Origin: Callorhinchus milii
Taxonomy: Eukaryota
Direction: 5' to 3'
NCBI RefSeq assembly: GCF_018977255.1
Contig: NW_024704742.1
Coordinates: 96,350,001-96,414,000 of the forward strand
Length of the DNA: 64,000 bases
Both the position numbers and the translations under genes were made by a program. Shown here piece after piece: positions 49,651 to 62,946 of this stretch (position 1 is the stretch's first letter; each line of letters opens with the position of its first letter). The notes under the pieces were generated by a model. That model ran no database searches. It was not told the origin of the DNA and saw only the letters and a program-made list of their open reading frames with translations.

Positions 49651-51865
49651 TTTGATGTGGCCTCAAAAACACCATGTTCTTTCTATTCAGCAGAGCAAGA
49701 CTACAGTACTGCTAACTCCAGTCTTAAATCTGTCTTTCCTTTTATTTCTTCCTGTTATGACTGTCCTGTCCAAAAGGATTAAGAGAGCATTGGAAGAAAA
49801 ATAGATAAATGTCTTCTTTAGTGTTGTCATAGCCTCACCAGTGCAAATCATGTGTTTTTGTCCCTGAAATGAATCCTTTTGCACAAACAGCCAGTGTCAC
49901 CTGAAAACCCAGAGGTGCTCGCAGTGCTGTGTGAACTGATGCATCACAACACACAAGGCGTTAACAGTACCTGAAGTGTTAAATGTTTGTCCTTCAATGC
50001 TTCTTTCTGTTCAAGGATGAAAAGGCCGTTGCTAAGCACCTTTAGATGACAGCACCAAGGTTCATTAAAAAATATGACAAACATTTGCTAAGCTCATCAA
50101 ATGCAATTTTGTGTATCAGAATCCTTCTTCACATGCTATGCGTGACAACACATCTATTAACCCTAATCCCATTGTCAAGTGTGATACATTAAAACCAACA
50201 ATTAGACAAAGCAAATGGGATCTTTATTGAGAAAATCACAAATGGATTTTACAGTGTTATGAGATTTGAGGAAAGATTATTAAATTATTGGAATATTAAT
50301 CCTTGTTCTGAGATGGCTGAAATTAATGGAATAATCAGATCATTAATCTATTGATTTATTTTTCAAAATTGCTTTTTTGTTTTGTATAATGATTTATTGA
50401 CAACAGAAAGTCTATATATCACCAGAACATCAAGTTACTGGACATGTGTGTCTGACCAGCATTATCAAGGATGTGAACACTGCTTATTTGAATGATAATT
50501 GATTATTACATAGTTGATGACATGACTACAGGTCTGCTTCCTCATTGAAGCACTTAAGACTTTGTCTTGTTGGATTGATTGAGTTGCCACTTTCTATGTT
50601 GGAAACTACCTCACAACCTGGTCATGCAAGTGTCAGGACGATGACTTAAACAGAAGGTCACATGTTCACATCCAAGGGTCTGTCGCTCAAATCTGCCTGT
50701 TTCACTACATGAGCAGTCAGGTGCAATTCTACATGGAAGCATTCCATTACAAAGTAGATTATCTTCATTGATTCTGGGGAAGGTGGGGGGTGGGGGAAAA
50801 GAATGTGGGAAAGGGGGAGGGAATGGCATATCCTCCAGAAAGTTGCCCACAACATAAACTGGGTTTCATCTTGCAAAACCACTTGGAGTTTGTGGGTTAA
50901 CGTAATATACTTGGGCTTCCCTATAGAAAGCACAAATGGCATTGAGTCCACTTGTTTTTATTATTTTTGCTGCCCATCTCCTTCATATAACATACCTCCC
51001 TCACAACACAGGAGCCATTGTGCCGTTTGAAGTATTTGATCATTTATTATATGCCCATCCATTTAACCATTACTTCCTATAACCATCCACAATGATAACC
51101 TCCAATCTTGTTCCCCATCAGGTATTTATATTGTTACATTCTGAAGGAGGTTACAAATTCAGCCTCAATGGTTTTTGCTGGGAGTACTTTCCGAACATCT
51201 ACGCTGGTAGGAAATAAATGTTTGTTCTTATCTCACTTGACATTTGTTCATTTTAAACCCATGCCCCCTAGTTTTCAGCCAACAGTTTAAGTCAAATAGC
51301 TTCTTTTAAAAAAAACCTAAGTAAAGGGGCAAAGCTGTAGCACAGTAAAGTTCTGCTAACAGATGATAAATGTTTTCTTGTATCCTTCAAGATAAGGGAC
51401 AGATAGTTATTCTATGATATGAGATATTGGAGTGGTTCTGTCGTCCTGGATTACGTCATTCTTGATTGTTATGTTATCTATTGTCATTCAAAACTGGAAA
51501 ATCTGGATCATGTCCCTCTCGATCTTTTTTTCATCAGTGAGAGCAAGTTTAGTTCTGTTTCTCTGAATAATCTAGAGCACTAGTTCTCTGAATTATCCCT
51601 CACTTCTCTGAACCAACTCAATATTATTTGAGACCCTCTAGCTATCCTATCTGAAGATTATATAGGTCTCTGAAGATCAATATATTGCAATACAAATTTA
51701 TATTCACAAAATATCTTTTACATCCCTACATGTTTAGTAATACTGTCTTGGAACCTGAGTCAGAGGTAGGCACCCCCAGCATCAACCAGGCATCTGAAGA
51801 TGATATTGGATCTGAGATGACATGGGGATCTGAAAATTATGTGGGGATCTTAGTGCTCTGGGACC

Positions 51866-52200
51866 TACCCTGCATGAGGGGTGCTATACTGTTGTTGTGC
51901 AAGTTGTTGTTGTTGACGATAATAATAATCCTTGCAGTTAATGTAGCAACTTGTCATGTCTTCAACACGTCTCAAAGCGCTTCACAGAATATACTGTAAA
52001 GTGAATTGGCTGAATGTTTTGTGGGCAAAACGCAGTAGCTAATTGCACACAGCAGTGTCCCATGAACAGTCGTCGATTGAGTGACCAATTTTTTTTGAAG
52101 GAATGATTACTCACAGAAAAGCGATCTGCCAATTGATTAACAACCGGGTTCCTACTTACTGCTAGGTAAACAGAGGTGTGTGGAGTAAGGAAACTTGCCT
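51866..52200 (-). mobile_element. Family A SINE (head lost, 51919-52200), tail-to-tail with a short plus-strand L2 end (51866-51916)
   Basis: gtgcaa(gtt)n is directly followed by (aat)n ccttgcag...ctacttactgctaggtaaacagagg. Confidence 0.85.
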
Positions 52201-52735
52201 ACAATTACACAGTACTTTGCAGTAAATTCATGTGAAGTTCTTTGAAAAATGTCAATGACACAACAAAGCACTATGTCAAATGCAAGGATTATGTTTTATT
52301 TACTGTCAACCATTTTGCATTGTTTCCTGTATAAATCTAATAATAGTGGTTCTACCTTTGCTGAAACATTACTCCATTGTATTGCTCAGGAGATTTTCAA
52401 ATCTTTTGTGCTTGTTTTAAGTGGCAGTTTATGCAATTGGGATAGAAAACCCTTAAAAGAAAACCTTTTTATTCTCTGTCTCTCCCTGTTAACATGACAC
52501 CCAACATAAAGCCGACATCCTGCTAATTGGAATTAAGAGCCAAAAGCACTCTAGCTGGCTTTGGGCTCTACCATTGCAATGTATAGTGGAGTGGGGGTGG
52601 GGGAAGGATCGCACACCTATAGAGCAGTCAATTTGTTGACTGGGTGTAAGTTTCAATAATGTGCTCATTATCGTCACTGTTAATTAACACATTATGAGTT
52701 GCAAATTTCTGACTATTGCGTCCATGTTGAGGCAT

Positions 52736-52986
52736 TGTGAAACCTTGGGCAAGTTTCCTTACTCCACGCACCTAATAACAATCCCTCCAAAAAACAAAAA
52801 CAATAATAAATTGGTCATTTTCAATCCACGATTGTTTGTGAGACACTGCTGTGCGCAATTGCCTGCCACGTTTCGCCCACAAATATACAGTCAATTCACT
52901 TTACAGCATATTCTGTGAAAAGCTTTGAGATGTCTAGAAGACGTGAAAAGCGCTATATCAAATGCAAGGATTATTATTATTATTGT
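52736..52986 (+). mobile_element. Family A SINE (short variant), head lost
   Basis: gtgaaaccttgggcaagtttccttactccacgcacctaataacaatccctcc, nearly identical to 28428-28671. Confidence 0.9.
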
Positions 52987-53624
52987 TAACTTCCTTTTCA
53001 CAAAAATTTAGGAAACTTACAGTATTTCATCCTTGGAGGCTTTCTATCCCTTTGCTCTATATTCTGCAGATAACCTTAGCCCAGTAATGAACTATAATGT
53101 TGAATCACAAATAGACACTTTCAGTAACATTGTCTTTAAATATATAATCATTAAACTTTACAGTATATCCTGTGAAGCACTTTGAGACGCCCTCCCGACA
53201 TGAAAAATGCTAATAAATGCAAATATTATTATTGTTATAGCATTTGCCCACAAGACAGAATGAACAGCAAATGAAATGTCGAATAAATACCTTTCTAATG
53301 TGCTCGTCCTTCTTCAAGCCTGAAGAATGAATTAATCACAACAGGCGTGAGTCAAGTTCAATTATGCTCCACTGAGTTCAGATTTATGAGCCAAGTGGTT
53401 AGCTGCTTTTCCACTAACAATTAAACACAGCAAATGGGATTTTCATCAGTATTTATAATTTATAATAGATTTGGATGGTGCCAAATATAGACAGCTAATA
53501 ATTTAAATGGTTTTATTGTGTTTAAGAGTCGGTATCAAATGTGCAAAATGCCTCATAGAAAATGTCAGAAATATTATGGAAAATCAATTTGGACAAACAA
53601 AGGAGACACAGGCACAGTAAATAT

Positions 53625-53995
53625 AATCATAAGCTTTGCATTTGATATAGCGCCTTATCATATCATCAACGCATCTCAAAGCACTTTTTAGGATTTATTG
53701 TAAAGTGTTGTGGGTGTGTATATTTTGTTGGTGAACACAGCACATAATTTATGCACAGCATTGTCCCAATTTTATTTGGGGATTGTTGGTCAGGACACCA
53801 GGAGAAACGCCCTTCTCTTTTCACACAGTGTCATGAACAGAGAAATGGGACCTCAGTTTAATGTCTCATCCAAAGAACGGCAGTTCTGACAATGCAGCAC
53901 ACATCCAGCACTGCATTGGAGTGTCCGCAGATACTAGATGAGTTCCTAGTCCCGACATGGGCTTGAACCAACAACCTTCTGAGAGTGCTACCATC
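53625..53995 (-). mobile_element. Deu-type SINE (family B), near full length
   Basis: Tail through to gggcttgaaccaacaaccttctga. Confidence 0.85.
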
Positions 53996-54397
53996 TCAGG
54001 CAGGAGAGATGAATTAGAATGGAGAGAGCTCATGGAGAGAAAAATAGCAATGCAGACTTGATGGGACAGCAGGCCTGTTTAGGTACTGCAATATTTATGG
54101 TATAGACACTGTCTCATCCATCACACTTTCAATTGAGCTGGGAAGTTAGCCAAAACTGTTGGCCCTCTCATCAGTCTGAAAGAGAAGGCTGTTGAGTACA
54201 TCACTCTTCTACCTGCCACTGTCATCCACCCATCTCAGCGATGTCACCAGTCATATCTCCCTTGAGTATTTTGGCAACCAAGCTTGGCTGGGATTGTTAG
54301 TTTTGAATGTGAATGTGGCTGATGTACTTCTCCTCTCAGAGACTGCCTGTATGTACAATCGTAGTAGTAAGATTTTGTGTTTGAATATGATATTGAA

Positions 54398-54584
54398 ATA
54401 AAATTGGTCACTCACTCCACAGCTGTTTGTGGGACACTGCTACGCACAATTGGCTGCCACGTTTCACCCACAAAATACATAGTCAATCTCCTTTACAGTA
54501 TATTTTGTGACGTGCTTTGACATATCTTAACAACATGATAAGGCATTATACTGAGTGTAAGGATTACTATTACTATTATTATTA
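54398..54584 (+). mobile_element. SINE 3' fragment
   Basis: aaattggtcactcactccacagctgtttgtgggacactgct...(att)n. Confidence 0.85.
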
Positions 54585-55059
54585 TGCTAACAATTGCTTT
54601 CAAAGTGCTATTTCAAGTTGGGTTTTAGGTTTTGCTGATATAATAGAAGTCAGTTCTTACCTTTTTCTTTTTTACTGCATTAATTATGAATTTTGTTCAT
54701 CTAACTTTTTTGTGAATGTTTGAAAAATAATTCTCATGACTTTTTTCATTCCTAAAGGATCTTGTGCTATTAATATTAACGACAATTTCAAAATAAAAGT
54801 GGGCAGAAATTATAATGATAAATAATAGCAATCCTTACATATGATATCGTACCTTATCATGTCTTAGAGACATTTCAAAATGCTTCACTGTTAAGTGAAT
54901 TGACTGTGTATTTTTTTGTGGGCAACATTATAGCAGAATGCTGGTTATCCGCACGCCAATTATCAGCATGCTCATTTATCTAGATCAGGCTCCGATGCAA
55001 AAGAGATGGAGCAGCGAGACACCAGCAAAATAACTGGATATGCCCATGTGCAAAGTTAC

Positions 55060-55500
55060 ACTGCTGATGACAGCACAGCCTGGCTCATTGGCAGGATTTG
55101 GAAGGGCATACTAGTCACTGGGGGCAGAGAATCATCCCACTCAGCTCCTGTTAACCCTGCAAGCCAAAGCCCTAACAGATAGGGTGGTCTTAGCTGGACA
55201 AGCAGCAGGAAAGCTTGCCAGCCAGCAATATCAATGACAAGCTATGCGGCTTCAGCAGTACCCCAGCACACTCTCTGGATCCCCAAGCCTTGGCTCTTGT
55301 CAACCTGTGTCTGCTACTTTGTTGGAGTTAGGTAAGCAGGAAGCGTCCCTCCAGGGAGAAAGAGCGCATTCCATTCCAACAATCTATCTCTGGGATTTTC
55401 ATGTGGAGTTGCGATGCATAGAAATCTCAGCTTGGTCTGGATACACTTAAGCATGGTGATGGGCTTCCGCATGTGTCAAACACCTGGTTGACCAAAAAAA
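55060..55500 (+). repeat. Unclassified interspersed repeat (family C)
   Basis: Homologous to 34875-35267 (inverted); its ends match 57647-57717. Confidence 0.85.
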
Positions 55501-57217
55501 GCAGGGTTGCTAGGCATGCAATCACATCTCTAGTGTCCTTCCATAGGTGAGGGCAATATCACACATATACACAGTAAAAAAAAAGTAAGTCTTTGTACAT
55601 TCATGTTTGTACAGCTTAAGATAGAAAAAGAGATATAAATTCAGAGAGGGAACAGGAGAGAAGGAGAGAGAAAGATAACGTCAAAGAGAGGTAAGCAGAG
55701 TGGCAGAGATAGATAGAGCAAGAAGGGCTGACCCAGTGACTTATGATGGAACAATCTTTTAGTTATCAAGTATTTTGCATGATGCCCAGTGATCTACAAT
55801 GTCTGCTTATCCACAATGGGGTGAGTCTACATTAAGGCAGATAACTACTGTAAATGGAACATCTGTTATGTTCTTTATGTACACTACATTATACAATTAA
55901 ATCACAGTAGCTAATTTGTAAAACTATATGTCACTTAAAACTTTGATTGTAACATAGTTAATGTTGATAAATAATAGTCAATCTGTAGATTATTTCATTT
56001 TATTTGAAGTAAAATAAATAAGACTTGTAACATTTATTTATTTTGCAAAGGGCAGTAAATCCCACTTGAAGTGATTTTAATTCCACACATGACTTTTGGT
56101 GAAATATTTATGAAAAATCATTACTGGGCTTTTTTATCAGTTTTATAATTTGTTTAATTTAGTGACTTTCTATTCAGGATGTTAGAACAATTAACAGCAC
56201 TAAAAGCAAAATAATGGCAATGACAAAGGCATATGGAATATCTAGAAAACAGTCTTGTAAAAACACCAGCACAAAATGATAGAATCCATCCCTGGAGCTT
56301 TCATCCATTTTGCCCCGCTCTATGGATTTCTATCCAGCAAGGCTGTTTGTCTTGCTTGTTGCCTCCCTTCCTTCAAACTCCACCATTCAACCTAGTTCAG
56401 CCTCCCAGTCAATTGTTTGAAGCACTTTGAGACTCCTTCCCAACATGAAAGGCATTATATCAATATAAAATGTTGCTATTGTTAGTCATTCTTTTTAAGA
56501 ATTATCGGCTTCAAAATTAAGAATAAATTTAAGTGAATTTTCCACAATTTTGTGTGATCTTACATTTGAAGACAGAAAAGTCTTACAGACTTAGACGAAG
56601 CAGAATTCTGATCATTCTTGGTTAATCTGAGACCTGCAGTTGAGCTGATTGCCCTGAACTGGACAAGAGTGCACCAGTGTGTTTCACACTCTGATTTATT
56701 CTCCCTGGTTAGATGCAAAAGTTTAGTGTTGGCACATTGGGCTCCAATGTGCAAATTGTGCTAACCATGTGTTTCCTAGACCTCAGATAGGTGACGAAGA
56801 AACTCAGAGGCTTGGGGCGACAGCTGTTGAAGGTGTTACCTGGAGTCTGAGTTTATGAACACACGTCCAGTGCCTGGAATCTACCTTGACTGGCCTACAG
56901 AGAGGCCAGCAGCTGCTGGTTAAGCTCCGCAACCCCAATTGGTGAAACCATCGTTCAATGGGAAGGCAGGATGGTGGCGGCAATGCCCTCACCCATTTCA
57001 TGCTGAGATGTATTGCCCACCGGAAGTTCACAGGGAGTTGCTTGTATCTACCATCCACCTAGTGAGACTCAAACCTCCGCTTGTCGGATGTTGAACAACC
57101 AATTAGTGACTATCCTCCTTCGGGGGGAAGTAAGTGGGGTCTCCTTGGAGCTGAATTGGCACCAAGGCAACATGGAATGTCGGAATAGAGCCAGCCCTCT
57201 GTGGCGGTCTTGGTAAC

Positions 57218-57597
57218 AATAATAATAATAATAATAATCCTTGCATTTGATATAGCGCCTCATCACGTCTTCGAGACGTCTCAAAGCGCTTCACAGAATA
57301 TACTGTTATGTGATTTGACTGTATATTTTGTGGGTGATACGCGGCAGCCAATTGCGCACAGCAGTGTCCCACAAACAGTCGTGGATTGAAGTGAACAATT
57401 TATTATTATTTTTTAAGGAATTATTACCCCCAGAAAAGCAATCCGCCAATCTATTAACAACCGAATTCCTGCTTACTGCTAGGTAAACAGAAGGTGTGGA
57501 GTAAGGAAACTTAGCCAACATTTCACCCTGCCATGAATCGACTCCAAATCTCCCACTAGTGAGGCAAGTGTTCTAACCACTGAGCTACAGGACTCCA
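57218..57597 (-). mobile_element. Family A SINE (long variant), full length
   Basis: (aat)n tail through to ctaaccactgagctacaggactcca; retains many CpGs. Confidence 0.92.
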
Positions 57598-57759
57598 CGG
57601 TAGTCCGGTTCCTGAGCCAGGTGGGCGTGCAGTATACCAGGGCACGGCTGATGACAGCACAGCCAGCCTGGCTGGTTTCCACATATGTCAGACATCCAGC
57701 TGACCAAAAAAAATTGCCCAGCGAGCACAGGTTTGCTTCATGTCTCTCCCTCCTACCCA

Positions 57760-58195
57760 TCCCACCTTCAGCAAGTGGGCATCAGCCTAGTTTCCCCCCA
57801 CTCTCTGGAACACTATCCTGGAGTTCCTCCACCTAGCCCCTCCCTCACTTTGTTTGAGGTCCATTTCTTTGACCATGCTTTCAGTCCTTTTCCTCCTCCC
57901 TCTCGCTCAGCTCCCACCCCCAGCACAGATGCCCAGCGGTGCTGTTAAGCTCTTTGGAACATCCAAAGTAAAAGGCACTACATAAATGTCAATTTGTATT
58001 GCATTGTATTAAAAATAATAGTAATTTAGTTACTCAATACATGGCTGTTTGGGGATGCTGATGTGCACAATTGGCTGCCGTGTTTCTCCCACAAAATAAA
58101 CAGTCGCTACACTTTACAGTATATCCTGTGAAGCACTTTGAGATATCTCAATGACGCAATAAGGCGCTATATCAAATGCAAGGATTATTATTATT
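57760..58195 (+). mobile_element. Old L2 3' end (57760-58010) plus a SINE 3' fragment (58020-58195)
   Basis: ctctggaacactatcc...ttctttgaccatgctttcagtc...(ttgta) tail, then SINE tail. Confidence 0.7.
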
Positions 58196-60656
58196 GTAAA
58201 GAAATAATTACAAGTGCCTTTCATTAGCACCAATAGAAACTATTCCAGACAATTCTGTGATCCCTTATATTGATTCCTAACAGATCAACGGCCCTCGCAA
58301 TTCACGTTTTACACATATGTTTGCACATGCTTTACCCAACTTGCAAATTAGACTTCAATGTCTCTCCCAATGGTACAGCTGAGATCAAAAGTCATGGACA
58401 GAAGCCCATATAATATTGCTGTGCCACCACACAGCAATGCTTGTTTACATTTGCTGTGAAACCACTTGACAGCAGCAGACAGTCCGAGCAGTAAATAGAC
58501 ATGTGCACTACTGAAAATACCAGGTCCCATCTTCCCTTGAGTGCATGGGTGCACATACTGATTGAATATCATTTGATGTGACTGGACTCAAGTAGAACAA
58601 AAATACACTTTTATTTCTGAGTAACTAACCCCATGCTCATTTCAGTCTTCCACTTAAAAGATAGACAATAAGACCCTTGTATTTGAGGCTCACCCTAATG
58701 TTTACATGTGCCACAGATATCACAGCACAATTTCTCACCCTTACCAACTAGGTACAGAAAAGTCTTGACAGAAAAGTCAATGAGAAGTGTTAAATGGATT
58801 TCAAGCATTTTAAAGGTACTGCAGTGTATCCTGTAATCGCACTGAACAAGAGAAGCTAAATCTTTGGACCACAAGTGTTGAAGGGGCTTGGGAATCTCTC
58901 AAATACCCACAGTCTAACCTATGGTAAAATGTATTTATTGTAATATATGAATGTACAGATCATCTTTCTATATAAGTACAAAATAAGATAAGAAGTGGTT
59001 TGGGTGCAGAAAAGTAACCAAAATCCTCAAGGAGTTAATATATATATATATATTTAAAGACACCAAGGTGATTTAAAGAATTAGATTTGTGGTAACTGAA
59101 TAATTTAAAATGTATAATTCATGCCTACTATACACCTTTCTCATTTATTAATGCTAAAGTATTTAATGGTACACCAGACCTCACATTTATTAACTTCCAT
59201 GAGAAATGCTGCCATTAGGACCAATGCCATTTTGAAATGACTGCCTGCTTAATTATCCATATCTGTGGAGCTGATTGCTGCTTCTGGTGCTTTGTAATTC
59301 CTTAGACTTCTCCCACGGTGCAGTGTACCCAGACTACTCCAACTACAGATCATTGAGTAACTACTGAAAGATTGTTTTAAAAATGCCTAAAGGACACATT
59401 TAGCTTCGGAGAAATTTGTGTCCTGCTACCTCATGTGTTAACAGGTGTCTGGCACTGCTGTGCATAACAAAAAATTAACTTGTGCAGGGTTTAAAGCATT
59501 TACAGTTTGACATGCTAGTGTGAACCACGGTAATTTCATTCCAATTACACTGATAGCACCCTGACGTCATGCAATAAATGTGTACCTTTTTCACCCAACT
59601 CTGGCTGTTGCAGTGACAGTTTTTAAAACCTTGAGTGATTATAGGCCCTTCAGCATAACATTATTCTAACACTGTGCCTTCATGAAAGCCATTCTTCTTC
59701 TGTTGTGAAGCAGGATTTTCAATGAGCTAATTTCGCTGCAGTAAACTAATTGTTTCCCCTTCTCTTTATACAAGAGCTTTCAGCTCAATAGCAAAAGGTC
59801 CCATGCCCATCAAAAGTGCTTTTTGTTTGCCTTGTCATGGTTCCTTGGAAGAGAAAATCTCATTTGCCAAATGGATGCATAATTATATAAATGAGAATGT
59901 AACAAGCAAGGAACTAATCAGATAAATGGTCACTGAGCAATGTTATACCAATAAGGTGTGTGTACATGGGGGAGGGACAATTCTTAAAATATAACATCTG
60001 GATTCTAAAAGAATTATTAATGTTGCCTGCTCTTTAATGTAAGCTCATTCTTTTTAAAAGACTGCATCTGCAGAATGAAACCACAGAGCATAGAACATCT
60101 CTTGTTTTAATAGCTGCACTTTGACAAATCATTTACTATCTTCCAATGCACAGAGCAGCACTATTAGATGCAAGCAAAAACGATTAGAATTTCAACAGGA
60201 GAGTAACTTTTTTATGATAGATTTTCATATTAGAAATGTTTTTGTAGGAACGCAAAAAGTTATTTACGTGTCAGTTTGATGCATTTATATGGAAGGTTGT
60301 GTTTTGGGATTTAGACTATGGATTTTTGCTTCAGTATGAGCGTAATGGTGAACGATAGTAGGATGGGTAAAGGCAACATTAGAAATGTAACGATTACCAA
60401 GGACAAGAATAGCATTGAAAAGAACACAACAGTGACTGCACAATGATAAAGGTACAGGTAATGTCCTCTAAGATGCCTTCTTTTGAAGTATAGCAATGAG
60501 AAAAGGACAGGACTACATTGGCGAAATTCATTCACTGTTAGAGTTAATGATATTAACATAGCATGGTTAATGTGACAAATTTATATTTTTGGTGTAAAAA
60601 CTGATTTTAATTTAATGCATTGTATTCCACTGTTTTACTTGAAGCAGCTGTTAAAA

Positions 60657-61540
60657 TGTCAGTTTGGCTCCATTGACAGCACTCTTACATCTGAGTCACA
60701 GGGGTTTGGGTTCAAGCCCCAAATGGACACTTTGATCTCATTATCCAAGCTGACACTCCAATACAGGGTTAGTGGAGCACTGCATTGCTAGAGGTACCAT
60801 CCTTCTAATGTGATGTTAAACAGAGGATCCTGTCTGCCTGATTAGGTGGATGTTACATTTTCTATAATAATAAAAATAATCCTTGCATTTGATATAGTGT
60901 CTTATGGCCCACAAAATATACAATCAATTCACTTTACAGTATATTCTGTGAAACGCTTTGAGACATCTCAAAGATGTCTTAAGGCGTTATATCAAATGCA
61001 AGGATTATTATTATCACATCGTCGAGACAATACAATACAAAATTACATTTGTATAGCGCTTTTCACGCAGGGGTTTGGGACCAAATCAGGGATTTGGACT
61101 TGAACAGGGAAAGAAGTTGGGATAAGGGAGGGCAAGGAGGGTAGGATGTTGGCCAAAGGCACGGTTGAAGAGGAGGGTCTTGAAACATGTCTTGAAGGAG
61201 GCAAGGGAGGGAACGAGGCAAAGAGAATGTGGGTTGGGGTTCCAAAGTGTGGGGGCAGAGAAGCTGAAGGCCTGATCGCCGATGGTGGGGCTGGCAGGGC
61301 GGGGTGGGATCTTTAACGTCCATCTGAAGAGACAGACAGAATCCATAGCTTCTACTAGTTTATCCTGGTTTATCTGGCTAACAATCTCTCAGATAAAATT
61401 GATCATTCATTTCATGGCTGTTCGTAGGACATTCCTGTGGACAAAATGGTTATTGTATTCACCTAAAATACACAATCACTGCACTCCCCACTGCAGGAGA
61501 ATTATAGATACCATATCAAATGTAGGCATTGTTATTAATG
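60657..61540 (+). mobile_element. Deu-type SINE interrupted by a stack of insertions: minus SINE tail, plus SINE 3' end, minus L2 61028-61300, minus Deu fragment
   Basis: Head gtcagtttggctcc...gggttcaagcccc runs to 60857; family B sequence resumes at ~61374 (ctggctaacaatctctcagataaaattgatc). Confidence 0.75.
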
Positions 61541-61967
61541 GTAAAATTTTGAAACAAATCCATTTCTTATTGACTTTGACTGGAATACCCACCAAATTGT
61601 TTTTCTTACAATTACAATTCCATATGCGCTAAATTATTTGCATTCATTTCATCCCAGGCTTGGCTAGACAATAAGGAAAGAATGAGGAGGTGAAAATCAA
61701 TGTTCTGTTCCAAAAGCAACAATAACAGGGAATTACAGAAAGCTCTTTACCGTTATCAAAATATTACTTGTCAATGTTAGGAGCAAGGCTGCTTGGTTTT
61801 GGTTTTGAAATCCCATTTATCTGTAAAAGGTGTGACATTCAATGTGCTGATTATCACCTTTAATAATTATCTTGAAATTGGAATTTCTGCTCCTGGCAAT
61901 GTCCTGGTACATACTGTCTCTGGATGAACACCTCATCCCTGACTTTGTGTAAATGGATGGGCCTTGC

Positions 61968-62176
61968 AAGGCCAGAATTCCACCTTGCTTTAACCTCTAA
62001 GATCATAAGATGGCAGAGAACAGTGGTAAATTCTTGTTGTTTGTCTTAATTTTGAAGTCAGTTTTCCCGCAGTTCTTAAAAATAACTGGCTTTCGAACTG
62101 AAACTGAAATTAAGAGTTTTACAGAAATTTGAAATTTTAAGACAAAATTATCTTAGGGGTGTAGAATTTGGGGCCT
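61968..62176. mobile_element. Palindromic MITE-like element
   Basis: aggccagaattccacc...ctctaagat pairs with atcttaggggtgtagaatttggggcct; central arms as in 9968-10180. Confidence 0.7.
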
Positions 62177-62497
62177 GATGTGTTAATTATCATAAACTAT
62201 AATTATCACATTGTTAATCAATGCAACTGAATCAATAACTAAACATTAATCCAAGTGTGAAAATCCCACCAGCACCTCCCAAGAGGATGATTGTGGCCTG
62301 AACCAACCTACAAGCCACCAAGCAGCATTAAGTGCTTTGAGACATCCTCCCTTTATGAGACATGCTATAAAAATATAAATTATATTCTGTATTATAATTG
62401 TACTTTTGTCTCAAGAACCGTGGCAACTGAAATTAATAAAATACTGTCTTAACAAAATCATCAGCATTAAACTAGCACCTTTTAACAGGTCAACTTA

Positions 62498-62946
62498 TAA
62501 TAATAATAATTGCATTGATTATAATGCTTGTCACATGGTCATCATCTCAAGATATTTTAAAGCACTTCACAGAAGTTTACAGATGTGGTAGTCAGACAGT
62601 TTGCGTAGAGCAATAACCCACAAACAGCCATTAAAGTGAGTGGCCAATGTTATTTGGGGTATTATTGACTGAGATATCCAGAGAAACTGCCTTCTCTTGT
62701 CAAGCAGTGCCATATAGAATCTTTAATGCCCACCTGAACCGGCAAGTGGGACCTTGGTATAAAGTTTCATCTGAAGGACAGTAATAATAGTAACAATGAT
62801 AATAATCCTTGCAGTAGCTCCAACAATGCACCCCTCTAACACTGGAGGTGAGTACCAACCTAGATTATGAGTTCCCAAATTCCAACATGGTGCTTGAATC
62901 CACAACTCTATGACTTAGTGGTGAGAGCGCTACCAATTGAGTCAAG
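62498..62946 (-). mobile_element. Deu-type SINE (family B) with a ~35-nt tail-only insertion at 62782-62814
   Basis: Tail through to gcttgaatccacaactctatgact...gctaccaattgagtcaag. Confidence 0.8.
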
